A stretch of DNA of 64,000 nt. Source: Candidatus Iainarchaeum sp. GTDB taxonomy: Archaea; Micrarchaeota; Micrarchaeia; Anstonellales; Bilamarchaeaceae. Below are positions 24,631 through 33,799 of the stretch, in pieces (position 1 is the first letter of the stretch; each line of letters starts with the position of its first letter). Both the position numbers and the translations under genes were made by a program. Location: assembly GCA_028686985.1 (NCBI GenBank), contig JAQUBA010000001.1:17194-81193 (forward strand), in the 5' to 3' direction. The notes under the pieces were generated by a model. It searched no databases and had not been told where the DNA came from. It worked only from the letters and a program-made list of their open reading frames with translations.

Positions 24631-24750
24631 TTCCGAAAGAAGCGTGCATCTCCTCTAACCGAAGAGCATTCCTATTTTTCCATAAAGCATTTATAAACCA
24701 TTTCACTGCCACCCATTTTTCTTATTAAGCCTTCTGCACAAATCCATGCG

Positions 24751-25833
24751 ATGGCTTCTGTTCATGTAATCGGCGCAGGCCCGGCCGGCTCAGTCGCCGC
24801 AATATCAGCCCTGCATGAAGGGCACAACGTAGAGATAAGCGAGGAGCATCTGGTCCCCGGCCTCCCCACGGACTGTTCAGGCCTCATCTCGAGGGACGGC
24901 CTCAAATCACTCTCGGACATGATAGATTACAGGAGGCACGCAATCCGCCCGATGCACGGTGCAATCCTTGATTTTGCCGGCCACAAACTGACCGTAGATG
25001 CAAAAAAGCCGGTGGCTTACGTAATTGACCGCGCTTCCTTTGACTCCGCCCTCGCAAAAAAGGCGGAATCCGAAGGGGCGAAGCTCAACTGCGGGGAAAG
25101 GATTTCCTCAAAATTCCGCGGCAAATGCATAATCGGCGCTGACGGCCCGAACTCTTCCGTCGCCAGGCGCTTCCGTTTCCCGAAGATAAAAAGGTTCGCC
25201 ATAACCGCCCGCTGCACCGTAAGGTATGATGGCGAAAACCCGGATTTCATACGCGCCTGGCTCTCCAATAAAATATCCTCCGGATTTTTCAGCTGGCTCA
25301 TCCCCCACGACGAAGAAATGGCGGAGATGGGCACCGGCCTCGTGCTCCCCGGCAACCCGCGCCCCTCCATCCAGGCGCTCTCCAGGCTCACCGGCTTCCA
25401 GCCGGAAGGAAGGATCCATTTCGCATTGATCCCACTGGAGTGCAGAAAGAAAACCTCCCTCCGCGCAGGCGGCAGGACAGTTCTCCTGGCAGGCGACGCC
25501 GCGGGCCAGGTGAAGTCCACCACCGGAGGCGGCGTATATTTCGGAACCTCCTGCGCCCGCCTCGCGGGCAGGCACGCAACAAACCCGGAAAATTACGAAA
25601 AGGAGTGGCGCTCCCTCTACCACAGGGACCTGCGCATGCACCGCCTCGCCAATCTCGCGTACGGAATGCTTCCGGATTCCGGCATAAGGCACGCCGGCGG
25701 CCTCCTCTCTTTTTTCAGGATGGACGAATACCTCGCCAGGAAGCAGCAGATGGACAAGCCGAGCCATATACTGGACAGTTCCCTGCTAATGCACGCCGTA
25801 TCCGCCCCGTTCTCCAGACAGAAAACTATTTAA
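24751..25833 (+). CDS. Geranylgeranyl reductase-family FAD-dependent oxidoreductase
   Basis: VIGAGPAGSVAA dinucleotide-binding motif and GDAAGQVKSTTGGGVYFG. Confidence 0.7.
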   Translation: MASVHVIGAGPAGSVAAISALHEGHNVEISEEHLVPGLPTDCSGLISRDGLKSLSDMIDYRRHAIRPMHGAILDFAGHKLTVDAKKPVAYVIDRASFDSALAKKAESEGAKLNCGERISSKFRGKCIIGADGPNSSVARRFRFPKIKRFAITARCTVRYDGENPDFIRAWLSNKISSGFFSWLIPHDEEMAEMGTGLVLPGNPRPSIQALSRLTGFQPEGRIHFALIPLECRKKTSLRAGGRTVLLAGDAAGQVKSTTGGGVYFGTSCARLAGRHATNPENYEKEWRSLYHRDLRMHRLANLAYGMLPDSGIRHAGGLLSFFRMDEYLARKQQMDKPSHILDSSLLMHAVSAPFSRQKTI

Positions 25834-25870
25834 ACAACATAAGTTAGACCTTTAACTGCACTGTGGCGAC

Positions 25871-26434
25871 ATGATACTGAGGTATGAGAAGACCCGTTCG
25901 CAGGAGGAGAGCCAGAAGGAACAAACAGGCTTCCCCTCCACACCGCAATTCCCAGTGCCCATGCTGCCCCACCACTACCAGGCGCTCCCGCAGAACCACC
26001 GGGAGCAGATAATCTGGACCTACGTCCCCCACATACGCTCCCAGCACAACGGAGATTTCTCGCAGATTTTCACCTTAAACCTAAGGGACAGGATGAGAGC
26101 ATACGAGAAGATGGTTGTCCTTGGGCACGACCTTATCAGCGCGATAAACAACGGCGGCTCGTCCGGAAGGGCAAAGCCCGCAGGCATCCAGTTCCCCCTT
26201 TCCGGCATCCCGTCCCCCAGCACCCCGTCCTATCCAATGAAAAAGAGCCGTGCCCCGTCCAAGGACATGCAGAAGGTAATCAGCTTCGTGGAGGAGAACG
26301 CCGGAGTGAAGGCCGAGGACCTCGTGGACTTCGTACCCCCCCGCGTATTCAGCCGCCTCATGCTCTACACCAAGTTCGCAGGCAACAGCCAGGCATCGCT
26401 ACTCGCATTTTTCAAGAACCTTTCCAAGGAATAG
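25871..26434 (+). CDS. Hypothetical protein (187 aa)
   Basis: The only long ORF in this interval. It has a Q/P/H-rich N-terminus and a C-terminal helical segment (MQKVISFVEENAGVKAEDLVDFV). No motif recognised. Confidence 0.45.
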   Translation: MILRYEKTRSQEESQKEQTGFPSTPQFPVPMLPHHYQALPQNHREQIIWTYVPHIRSQHNGDFSQIFTLNLRDRMRAYEKMVVLGHDLISAINNGGSSGRAKPAGIQFPLSGIPSPSTPSYPMKKSRAPSKDMQKVISFVEENAGVKAEDLVDFVPPRVFSRLMLYTKFAGNSQASLLAFFKNLSKE

Positions 26435-26480
26435 GGAGATTTTTAATCCAATTCGCACCATATCCAAAAGAAGTGCATTT

Positions 26481-26765
26481 ATGGAATACATCATCCTTTC
26501 ACCATGCGTGACCGCAAAGACCTGCGAGCTGCGCATGCGCGGCACCATAGAGCTGAAGAAGGCGGAGCAGGCCCTCCCCCCAGAGGCGGAAGTCCTTGCC
26601 CTAACAGAAGTCTTCCTTTCCGCCGCATACAAGGGAAAGCCCTTCTCCCTTTACCAGAGCGGAAAAATAGTCGTGAAGGAGGCGGAATCTGCCGAGGCAA
26701 AAGTCCTCCTCAAGGAAATGCTCTCTTTGCTTGAGAAAAAGGGGTGCCTGGTTGCTAAGGATTGA
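26481..26765 (+). CDS. Hypothetical small protein (94 aa), possibly a TBP-like fold
   Basis: KPFSLYQSGKIVVKEAESAEAKVLLKEM resembles the SGKIV.TGAKS strand-turn of TBP and RNase HIII N-domains. The similarity is weak and judged by eye only. Confidence 0.4.
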   Translation: MEYIILSPCVTAKTCELRMRGTIELKKAEQALPPEAEVLALTEVFLSAAYKGKPFSLYQSGKIVVKEAESAEAKVLLKEMLSLLEKKGCLVAKD

Positions 26766-27378
26766 TTTCCACGTCCATACGTCCCATTCTTTTGACGGAA
26801 GGATCAGCCCCGAACAGCTCGCCGCCCTTTCCAAGAAAACAGGCGTAATCCCGGCAATCACCGACCACGATGGCATAGGCGCGCATTCTGAATTCCGCAA
26901 GTTCGGCGTTCCGTTCATTCCAGGGGAAGAAATAGAAACCGCGCAGGGGGATTTCATAGGCCTTTTCGTGAACGAGCCGGTGAAGCGAGGGGTGGACTTC
27001 TACGAAGCGCTGGACTCCTTCCGCTCCCAGGGCGCCATCCCATACGCCCCCCACATGTTTGATTCCCTCCGCCCCGGCCTGGCAAAGGAGGAGTACGGGA
27101 GGGCCTCGGACATAATAGAGGTGTTCAACGCCCGCTCCCTGGAAAGGTTTGACAAAAAGGCAGAGGAGTTCGCCAAAAGGGAAGGAAAGCCCATGGCCGC
27201 AGGAAGCGATTCCCATTATCCTTACGAATTTGGGACCACTTACACGGAATTGAACCTCTCCGAAGACCAACTCCAGCCAAAGCCCCTGCTCAAAGCCCTG
27301 AAGAATGCAAAAATAGTCGGAAAGCGCACTTCTTTGCTCAAGAGAAAAATAGCAAAATATACGGGAATATACCTTTAG
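26731..27378 (+). CDS. PHP-domain metal-dependent phosphoesterase
   Basis: IDFHVHTSHSFDG...ITDHD...APHMFD...GSDSH metal-ligand pattern. ATG 26731 overlaps the preceding ORF by 35 nt; TTG 26752 is an alternative start. Confidence 0.75.
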   Translation: MRKRGAWLLRIDFHVHTSHSFDGRISPEQLAALSKKTGVIPAITDHDGIGAHSEFRKFGVPFIPGEEIETAQGDFIGLFVNEPVKRGVDFYEALDSFRSQGAIPYAPHMFDSLRPGLAKEEYGRASDIIEVFNARSLERFDKKAEEFAKREGKPMAAGSDSHYPYEFGTTYTELNLSEDQLQPKPLLKALKNAKIVGKRTSLLKRKIAKYTGIYL

Positions 27379-28416
27379 CTAAAACCACTTGTCCAGCGTC
27401 CGCTGCGTCCTCGTCTCCTTCACCTGTTTTATCATCCCTTCCAGCGCCTTGTCAATTCTCTCCAGCGAGAAGTCGTGCTCATCCACCAATAATTCTATAA
27501 CCCCCTCCCGCGTGGGCTTTCCCCAGGTTATATCTCCCACTTCTTTATGCGGAGCGTTCAGGAAGAAGTCATAAACCTCCTCCACATCCTCCGGGAACTC
27601 GTATTCCTTCTCTTTTTTCAGGTACGCCTTCACCTTCCCCAGCGTGTCCTGCTCCTTCACAATTTTCAGCCCGGTCTTCGGCCCAATCCCCCGCACCCCC
27701 TCGTTGAAGTCCGTTCCCACCATTATTCCAATCAAAATCAATTGTTCCCTCGTAACCCCAAGGTGCTTAAGCGTCTCTTCCAATTCCACCAGTTCTATTT
27801 CAATGTCTATGTACCTGTTCTGCTTCGGCACCTTCCTTTTTCCCGTAATGGACAAGTTCCTCAGGAAAATCGGAGAGCCGAAAAGAAGCGAATCATAATC
27901 CTGCGATGCCGAAGCATAGCAGAGCCCCTCCCTTACCATGTACGCACCCTGTGCCTCCCCTTCTGAGGGCGCCTGCACCCACGGAATCCCCATAAGCGAA
28001 AGCAGCCTCTTGCTCTCATCCACCATCTCTTTCGTGAGCCGCGAGCTTCCCTGCGCGTACCTCTTCGCCTCCTCCATCTTCTCCTCAGCCAGCGCCTTCT
28101 TCCACTTGTGCTCCGCCTCCCTCCGCACCTCAATCCTCCCTTCTATGGTTTTCCTCTTGAACTCAGGCGGAGGCCCGTCAAACACATACACCGGCTTTAT
28201 CCCCGCATTCACAAGCCTGATGCTCCGGTAAAACAATCCGGAAAGATGCCCGGTAACCCGTCCCTTCATATCCATGAGCGGCATCCCGTCCTCCTGCCGT
28301 ATGGACGCAAGGAACTGGTAGAGGATATTCATCCCATCTATCGCTACGCACTTCCCTGCAAGCTCCTCCAGCTCGACCTTGTGCTTCACCGCAAGGTCGC
28401 CCAAATCAACTCCCAT
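27379..28416 (-). CDS. fen: Flap endonuclease 1
   Basis: MGVDLGDL...AIDGMNILYQFL, SEGEAQGAY, the H3TH region and a C-terminal PIP-like TLDKWF. Confidence 0.9.
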   Translation of the reverse strand: MGVDLGDLAVKHKVELEELAGKCVAIDGMNILYQFLASIRQEDGMPLMDMKGRVTGHLSGLFYRSIRLVNAGIKPVYVFDGPPPEFKRKTIEGRIEVRREAEHKWKKALAEEKMEEAKRYAQGSSRLTKEMVDESKRLLSLMGIPWVQAPSEGEAQGAYMVREGLCYASASQDYDSLLFGSPIFLRNLSITGKRKVPKQNRYIDIEIELVELEETLKHLGVTREQLILIGIMVGTDFNEGVRGIGPKTGLKIVKEQDTLGKVKAYLKKEKEYEFPEDVEEVYDFFLNAPHKEVGDITWGKPTREGVIELLVDEHDFSLERIDKALEGMIKQVKETRTQRTLDKWF

Positions 28417-28955
28417 TATTTCTCCTTCTTTTTCTTCTGCATCTCCATCATGTCAAAGAGGGTAAGCTCGGTCTTCCCCCCACCACTTTTAGGGGTAGGA
28501 GTGACCGAAACCTCAACCTTCTCCACCAATTTTATCCCAAGCGCCTTCTCCAGCTTCTTCGCCTCTTCCAGGGTGGGCTCCATCCTCTCGTTCTCCACCC
28601 TGTCCAGCCAGGAGGCCTTCTCATTCACTTTCCTCGCCAGTTCGTCAATCGTCATCACGCGCGCCTTCTTCTCCTTCTTCCCATACTCATTGACCTCTTC
28701 ATAAGCAATCTTCACCGCCTCCCGCGCCCTCCGGATTTTCCTCCCGTACCCATCAACAATCTCGTCTTCCACGCGGAACTGCCTGGGGGTGGAGTAATCA
28801 ATCTTCGCAGGCGCCTCCTGTTCGGCCTCCCCACCTTCCAGGGAATGCAGTATCTTCCCGTGGTAGGCGCAGCGGGGGCACACCGCCATCTTGGCGCCCT
28901 CCACCGCTATTATGAAGGCAACCCCCTTCCTGCCGCAGATGTCGCAATCAACCAT
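28416..28955 (-). CDS. mbf1: Archaeal multiprotein bridging factor 1 (zinc ribbon plus HTH), with an insertion in the HTH
   Basis: N-terminal CDICG...CPRC, and a C-terminal cro-like HTH (IDELARKVNEKASWLDRVENERMEPTLEEAKKLEKALGIKL). About 18-20 extra residues follow IRRAREA. Confidence 0.7.
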   Translation of the reverse strand: MVDCDICGRKGVAFIIAVEGAKMAVCPRCAYHGKILHSLEGGEAEQEAPAKIDYSTPRQFRVEDEIVDGYGRKIRRAREAVKIAYEEVNEYGKKEKKARVMTIDELARKVNEKASWLDRVENERMEPTLEEAKKLEKALGIKLVEKVEVSVTPTPKSGGGKTELTLFDMMEMQKKKKEK

Positions 28956-29052
28956 AAGTAGGTTTCTCAGTTATTCTTATAATTCCTATAGGGAGGGCAA
29001 AACCCAAACCAAAACATAAAGGGTTTTAATCCCCCGTGCCCCAATCCCCCCA

Positions 29053-30411
29053 ATGAAGAATGTGAAGCTATTCGCAGTCATACTTCTCACGGCAGTTACC
29101 ATCTGGGCAATAGTGCAAACGGAGCTTCCGCCCATGCTCAAATTCTTCGCATCCATCGCAATCCTCGCACTCTCCGGGGAGATAATCTCAAGGATAGCAA
29201 AGCTCCACAGCGACTGGGGCCTGATGCTCCTGCGCACGCAGAAGGGGATAGACATCGCAAAACAACTGGCAAAACACGAAAAATTCTGGAATTTATTCGC
29301 CGATTTCGGGCTGGCCCTTGCCTACGGAATCCTCTCCTATTTCGTAATCAAAAGGAGCGTGAAGCAGAGAATTACAATAATAATCTCAGCATTAATCACC
29401 ATCACGGTTCTCCTCATATTTGTCTACCCTACCATCCTCCCCTTCCTTTCATACACATTGGGTATGCCGATAGGGGGCGGAAAGGCAGCGACAGCGGACG
29501 CCGGCGACAACACGCTCGCATACATGGTCCTCGCAATCGTCTATCTAGGCGGCTTCGCCTCCTTCATAACCGCGTCCCTGCTCATCTACGCCTTTACCGT
29601 GATAAGCGCGGTCGCATCCACCCTTGTCTTCGGCACCACCGCGATAGATGAAACAGCGCCCGGCCTCACGCTCATCCTTCCAGGCATAAACATCCCGCTT
29701 TTTGAGGGCTTGGCCGCGCTCATAATCATCCTGGTGGTGCATGAGGGCGCCCACGCGGTCCTTTCCGTAATCGGGAAAATCCCAATCCTCTCCTCCGGAA
29801 TTGCATTCTTCGGCATAATACCCATAGGCGCCTTTGTGGAACCGGACGAGAAGCGCCTCTCCACCAAATCCAGAGAGGTGCAGAAGCGGGTGGTGGTCGC
29901 CGGCTCCGCCGCCAACCTAATGTTTTCCATAGTCTTTTTTGTGCTCCTCCTCGCCTTCCTCGGAGTTACCGGCCCGTTCAAGCAGGATGGATGGTACGTG
30001 CTGGATGGGATGGACAACGGCACAATCATCTATGCGATAAACGGAATCCATGTGGAGGACCTCCCGGAAAATTACACCGCCCCCACCTCCACGCTCAACC
30101 TCACCACAAACTACGGGGAGGTGCAGCGCACCATGAACGCAACCGGAGGCTTCGGCATCGCCTATCTTCCCATGGATTACGCGCCCTTTACCATATACAA
30201 TAACCCCGCATTGTCATTCATCTTCAAAACATTAGTGTTGGTGTTCTCCCTCAACTTCATAATCGGGGTGGTGAATCTGCTCCCACTTCCCTTCTTTGAC
30301 GGGATGCGCCTCCTGGAGTTATCCGTTAATAACAAGAAATACACGGACTTCGTGATGTACCTCATCTTGGCAGCGTTCCTATCCAATCTATTGCCGTGGT
30401 TTTTCAAGTAG
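29053..30411 (+). CDS. Site-2 protease family (M50) membrane metalloprotease
   Basis: HEGAH (HExxH) in a TM helix and NLLPLPFFDG (NxxPxxxxDG). It is multi-TM with a central PDZ-like segment. Confidence 0.75.
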   Translation: MKNVKLFAVILLTAVTIWAIVQTELPPMLKFFASIAILALSGEIISRIAKLHSDWGLMLLRTQKGIDIAKQLAKHEKFWNLFADFGLALAYGILSYFVIKRSVKQRITIIISALITITVLLIFVYPTILPFLSYTLGMPIGGGKAATADAGDNTLAYMVLAIVYLGGFASFITASLLIYAFTVISAVASTLVFGTTAIDETAPGLTLILPGINIPLFEGLAALIIILVVHEGAHAVLSVIGKIPILSSGIAFFGIIPIGAFVEPDEKRLSTKSREVQKRVVVAGSAANLMFSIVFFVLLLAFLGVTGPFKQDGWYVLDGMDNGTIIYAINGIHVEDLPENYTAPTSTLNLTTNYGEVQRTMNATGGFGIAYLPMDYAPFTIYNNPALSFIFKTLVLVFSLNFIIGVVNLLPLPFFDGMRLLELSVNNKKYTDFVMYLILAAFLSNLLPWFFK

Positions 30412-30500
30412 TTTTTCCGAATAGAAACCATCACCGGCATCACCGGCACCGAGGTCTCCTTTCCTTTAAATATTGCCCCCCATATAAATACATGTTAGAA

Positions 30501-30520
30501 CAGAACATATATGGGTTCTG
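30501..30520. promoter_or_regulatory. Inverted repeat CAGAAC-N8-GTTCTG between the TATA-like box and the start of the radA operon
   Basis: Read directly. The TATA-like CATATAAATAC is at 30481..30491, so the dyad overlaps the expected TSS. Confidence 0.4.
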
Positions 30521-30536
30521 AAAAAAGGTGGGGAAA

Positions 30537-30842
30537 ATGGAAGAGAAATTGGAGGAGTTTGAAGAAATAGAGGAGAATCCCAAGAAAGGGAAGCCCGCTT
30601 CGGGCGATTCGGAATCAGCGCCAACCGAAAGCGTGGGCGCACGCCCGGATTTCCGCATAGTGCAAACGGAAATGGACAAGGAAGGGAAGACAATCTACAA
30701 GAACGTGGGCGGGATGTGGAAGCGCACAAGCAAGAACGGAAACGTGTATTACAGCATGGGCATAGGCAAGCTCAGGCTGCTCGTATTCCCTAACGACAGA
30801 GATGGTGGTTCCTATGGCAGAGAAGACAGAGAAGAAATATGA
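30537..30842 (+). CDS. Small acidic/basic protein, DUF736-like C-terminal half
   Basis: RPDFRIV...[29 protein letters not shown] resembles the DUF736 pattern (PDYRV...GAAWKKTSKKG.DYLS). ATG 30537 is preceded by GGTGGGG. It overlaps radA by about 30 nt. Confidence 0.45.
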   Translation: MEEKLEEFEEIEENPKKGKPASGDSESAPTESVGARPDFRIVQTEMDKEGKTIYKNVGGMWKRTSKNGNVYYSMGIGKLRLLVFPNDRDGGSYGREDREEI

Positions 30843-31779
30843 GCTCCCCAAGGATTTGGAGGACCTTCCAGGAATAGGGGAGGCGACCGCGGAGAGGCTC
30901 CGCAGGGCGGGCTATACTTCCATCGATCAGATTGCGGCGGCAATGCCCCATGAGCTCGCGGAGGCTGGCGAATTCGGGGCGGAAGCTGCAAAAAAGGCAA
31001 TTGCAGTCGCACAGGAAGCGGTTGAAACAGGCTACGAAACAGCGGACTTGATATTTGAGCGCAGGAAGGAAATCAAGAGGATTACAACCGGCTCCAAGAA
31101 CCTGGATGACCTTATCGGAGGAGGGGTGGAATCCCAGGCCATAACCGAATGCTTCGGAAAATTCTCATCCGGCAAAACGCAGGTTGGCTTCCAGCTTGCG
31201 GTGAATGCGCAAAAAGCCCTTTCCGTGGAAGGGGCCCCGGCAAGGGTCCTCTTCATAGACACGGAGAGCACCTTCCGCCCGGAAAGGATAATCCAGATTG
31301 CCGAGGCGCAGGGCCTGGACCCGCAGGAAGTCCTGAAGAACATACTCGTCGCCAAGGCCGAGAACTCGGACCACCAGCTGATTCTCGTGGAAAAGGCCGG
31401 CAACGTGATAGAGAAGGAGAACATCAAGCTGATAATAGTGGACTCCCTCACCTCCCACTTCCGCGCCGATTACGTCGGCAGGGGCGCCCTGAGCGAAAGG
31501 CAGCAGAAGCTGAACAAGCACATCCACACCCTGCAGAAGTATGCGGACAAGTACAACATCGCAATCTATGTGACCAACCAGGTCATGGACAACCCGGGAA
31601 TCCTCTTCGGTGACCCGACCATGCCGATTGGGGGGCACATCCTGGCGCACGCCGCCACCTACCGCATCTACCTTCGCAAGAGCAAGGAGGAGAAGAGGAT
31701 TGCGAGGCTCGTGGATTCGCCCAACATGCCCGAAGGCGAGACGGTCTTCAAGGTCACCAAAGGCGGGCTTATAGACTGA
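30814..31779 (+). CDS. radA: DNA repair and recombination protein RadA
   Basis: HhH N-domain ([15 protein letters not shown]), Walker A (GKFSSGKTQ) and Walker B (LIIVDS). Start ATG 30814 or ATG 30802. Confidence 0.95.
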   Translation: MAEKTEKKYELPKDLEDLPGIGEATAERLRRAGYTSIDQIAAAMPHELAEAGEFGAEAAKKAIAVAQEAVETGYETADLIFERRKEIKRITTGSKNLDDLIGGGVESQAITECFGKFSSGKTQVGFQLAVNAQKALSVEGAPARVLFIDTESTFRPERIIQIAEAQGLDPQEVLKNILVAKAENSDHQLILVEKAGNVIEKENIKLIIVDSLTSHFRADYVGRGALSERQQKLNKHIHTLQKYADKYNIAIYVTNQVMDNPGILFGDPTMPIGGHILAHAATYRIYLRKSKEEKRIARLVDSPNMPEGETVFKVTKGGLID

Positions 31780-31783
31780 CCAT

Positions 31784-31809
31784 TCTTTTAATTTTTCTTT
31801 TCTTTTCTT
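31784..31809 (+). terminator. T-rich tract after radA (TCTTTTAATTTTTCTTTTCTTTTCTT)
   Basis: Oligo-T runs starting 5 nt after the radA stop. It may also supply the AT-rich promoter for the next gene. Confidence 0.5.
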
Positions 31810-31812
31810 ACC

Positions 31813-32370
31813 ATGGCGAATGTATTTGAGAGGAAAGCCGGGGCATTCCTCTTCCTTGGGGCAGCCCAGTTCCTCATCCTCCTCATCGTGGCGGAAGCCC
31901 TTTATCCTGGCTACAGCACATCCTCCAACTTCATAAGCGACCTCGGCGTCGGGCCGTCCTCCTACATATTCAACCCATCCGTTTTCTTCCTGGGCCTGTG
32001 CATGGCCCTCGCATCCCATTTCATCTCAAAGGCATCCGGCGGCCGCATCCTACCGGCCCTGCTCCTCCTCTCCGGGATAGGCGCGATGGGAGTTGGAATC
32101 TTCCACGAGACAGACTTTACCCCCCATTACGCGAGCGCCTTCCTGGCGTTCTCCTGCGGCGCGCTCTCCGCCCTATATTGCTTCCGCATCCTGCGCCCCC
32201 CGTTCTCCTATTTCTCGGCCTTTTTGGGCATCTTCTCCCTCGCAGCCCTGTGCCTGTCCATGGCCCATGTGGACCTCGGCCTCGGGCCGGGCGGAATTGA
32301 GCGGATGATTGTCTATCCAATCCTCGCATGGGCGCTCTCCTTCTCGGGGATGCTCCTTTCCAGGGAATGA
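31813..32370 (+). CDS. DUF998-like integral membrane protein
   Basis: Six predicted TM helices and an ISDLG motif after TM1. Confidence 0.45.
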   Translation: MANVFERKAGAFLFLGAAQFLILLIVAEALYPGYSTSSNFISDLGVGPSSYIFNPSVFFLGLCMALASHFISKASGGRILPALLLLSGIGAMGVGIFHETDFTPHYASAFLAFSCGALSALYCFRILRPPFSYFSAFLGIFSLAALCLSMAHVDLGLGPGGIERMIVYPILAWALSFSGMLLSRE

Positions 32371-32422
32371 CCGGCAGCCAGCCCCCGTCTTCTTTTTATA
32401 TCTCATTCGCCCATCCATAAAC

Positions 32423-33748
32423 ATGGAAACAGATTTCTCTCCATTTCTGGAAGCGTGCGCCGAAGCCAGGCGCATTGCCTTTTCTTTTTCCAATCCCTTA
32501 ATCGTCCATCATCTTGATGCGGACGGAGTATCCAGCGGCGCAATAGTTGAATCCGCCTTCCGTACTGATTGGAAAAAGCACCGAAGAATCTGCATAAAGA
32601 AATTGGGCGACACGGAACTGGATTCCCTGAAGGATGAAAAGGAAATCATATTCGTTGATTTGGGCGGAGGAAACCCAAGGGTCAATGAGTTGCAGGACGT
32701 CCTCATCATAGACCACCACCAGACCAAGGATGTCACCAAGCACCAGATCAACCCCCTATTGTATGGAATAGATGGAGGGGACGAACTGAGTGCAGCCGGA
32801 ACCGCCGCCCTCGTCTTTGATACGCACTATGATTTGGGGGTAGTGGGTGCGGTAGGCGACATGCAGTACCCGCTCCGCGGAGCCAACCGCCTCCTCATAA
32901 AAAAGGGAAAAGACCGCGGCGAAATAGAACTCGCCAACGAGCTGCGCATGTTCGGGCGCTACTCCCGCCCCATAGTCCAGTTCCTCGCATACTCCGACGA
33001 GCCTTACCTCCCAGGCCTCTCCTTCAACGAGCTGAATACGGAAAAATTCCTATCGGATTTGCAGATTCCGGTCCGGAAAGGGGAGAAATGGAGGACCTAT
33101 TCAGACCTCACCACCCCGGAAAAGAAGCGCCTTGTTTCCGCACTCGCCGATTTGCTAGTTGAGAAAGGGAGGGCATACGCCTCCCAGAACCTCGTAGGCG
33201 AATCCTACCTGCTCACCAAGAGGGAAAGAACCAGCGAAACATACGACGCCTCCGAATTCTCCACCATGCTCAACGCATGCGGGAGGCACGGAAGGCCGGA
33301 CATAGGCGTAGCGGTATGCTTGGGGGAAAAATGGGCGGAAAAGGAGGCGTCCGACCTCCTGCGCCTCCACAAGACCAGAATCCGGGAGGGAATCCTCTTC
33401 GCCCGGGAATCTATTGTTGATTTCGGCCCCTTCCTCTTCCTGGACGCGAGGGACAAGATAGAGGATTCAATAGTCGGGATAGTCTGCGGGATGGCAATCG
33501 GCGGCTCGCCCAAGCCAATAATCGGAATCGCATCCTCGGAGGACGGCAAAGCGATAAAGGTTTCCTCAAGGGGAACCCGCGCCCAGATAAATGCAGGATT
33601 AAACCTGGGAAATGCGATGGCCTACGCGGTGAAGGCATCCGGAGGGGTAGGGGGCGGTCACAAGATAGCTGCGGGCGCAAACATCCCCGCCGAGAACCTA
33701 AACCTTTTTCTTACGTCACTTGCTGATTTTTTACGTCAAAAGCCGTAG
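32423..33748 (+). CDS. recJ: RecJ-like DHH phosphoesterase (archaeal RecJ/Cdc45/GAN family)
   Basis: HHLDADGVSSG, IIDHHQ (the DHH motif) and the DHHA1 motif GGGHKIAAGA. Start placed at ATG 32423 (METDFSPFLE). Confidence 0.75.
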   Translation: METDFSPFLEACAEARRIAFSFSNPLIVHHLDADGVSSGAIVESAFRTDWKKHRRICIKKLGDTELDSLKDEKEIIFVDLGGGNPRVNELQDVLIIDHHQTKDVTKHQINPLLYGIDGGDELSAAGTAALVFDTHYDLGVVGAVGDMQYPLRGANRLLIKKGKDRGEIELANELRMFGRYSRPIVQFLAYSDEPYLPGLSFNELNTEKFLSDLQIPVRKGEKWRTYSDLTTPEKKRLVSALADLLVEKGRAYASQNLVGESYLLTKRERTSETYDASEFSTMLNACGRHGRPDIGVAVCLGEKWAEKEASDLLRLHKTRIREGILFARESIVDFGPFLFLDARDKIEDSIVGIVCGMAIGGSPKPIIGIASSEDGKAIKVSSRGTRAQINAGLNLGNAMAYAVKASGGVGGGHKIAAGANIPAENLNLFLTSLADFLRQKP

Positions 33749-33799
33749 AGTTATGCGGCGCATAATAAGCTTTTTATATCCATCCGAGACAATACACCC

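Noticed and set aside
24094-24750. The tRNA cluster considered as an integration hotspot carrying a provirus or integrative element.
   Set aside because: No integrase or other mobile-element genes flank it, and no duplicated tRNA 3' halves (att sites) were seen. The conserved sequence lies at the tRNA 5' sides, not the 3' sides.
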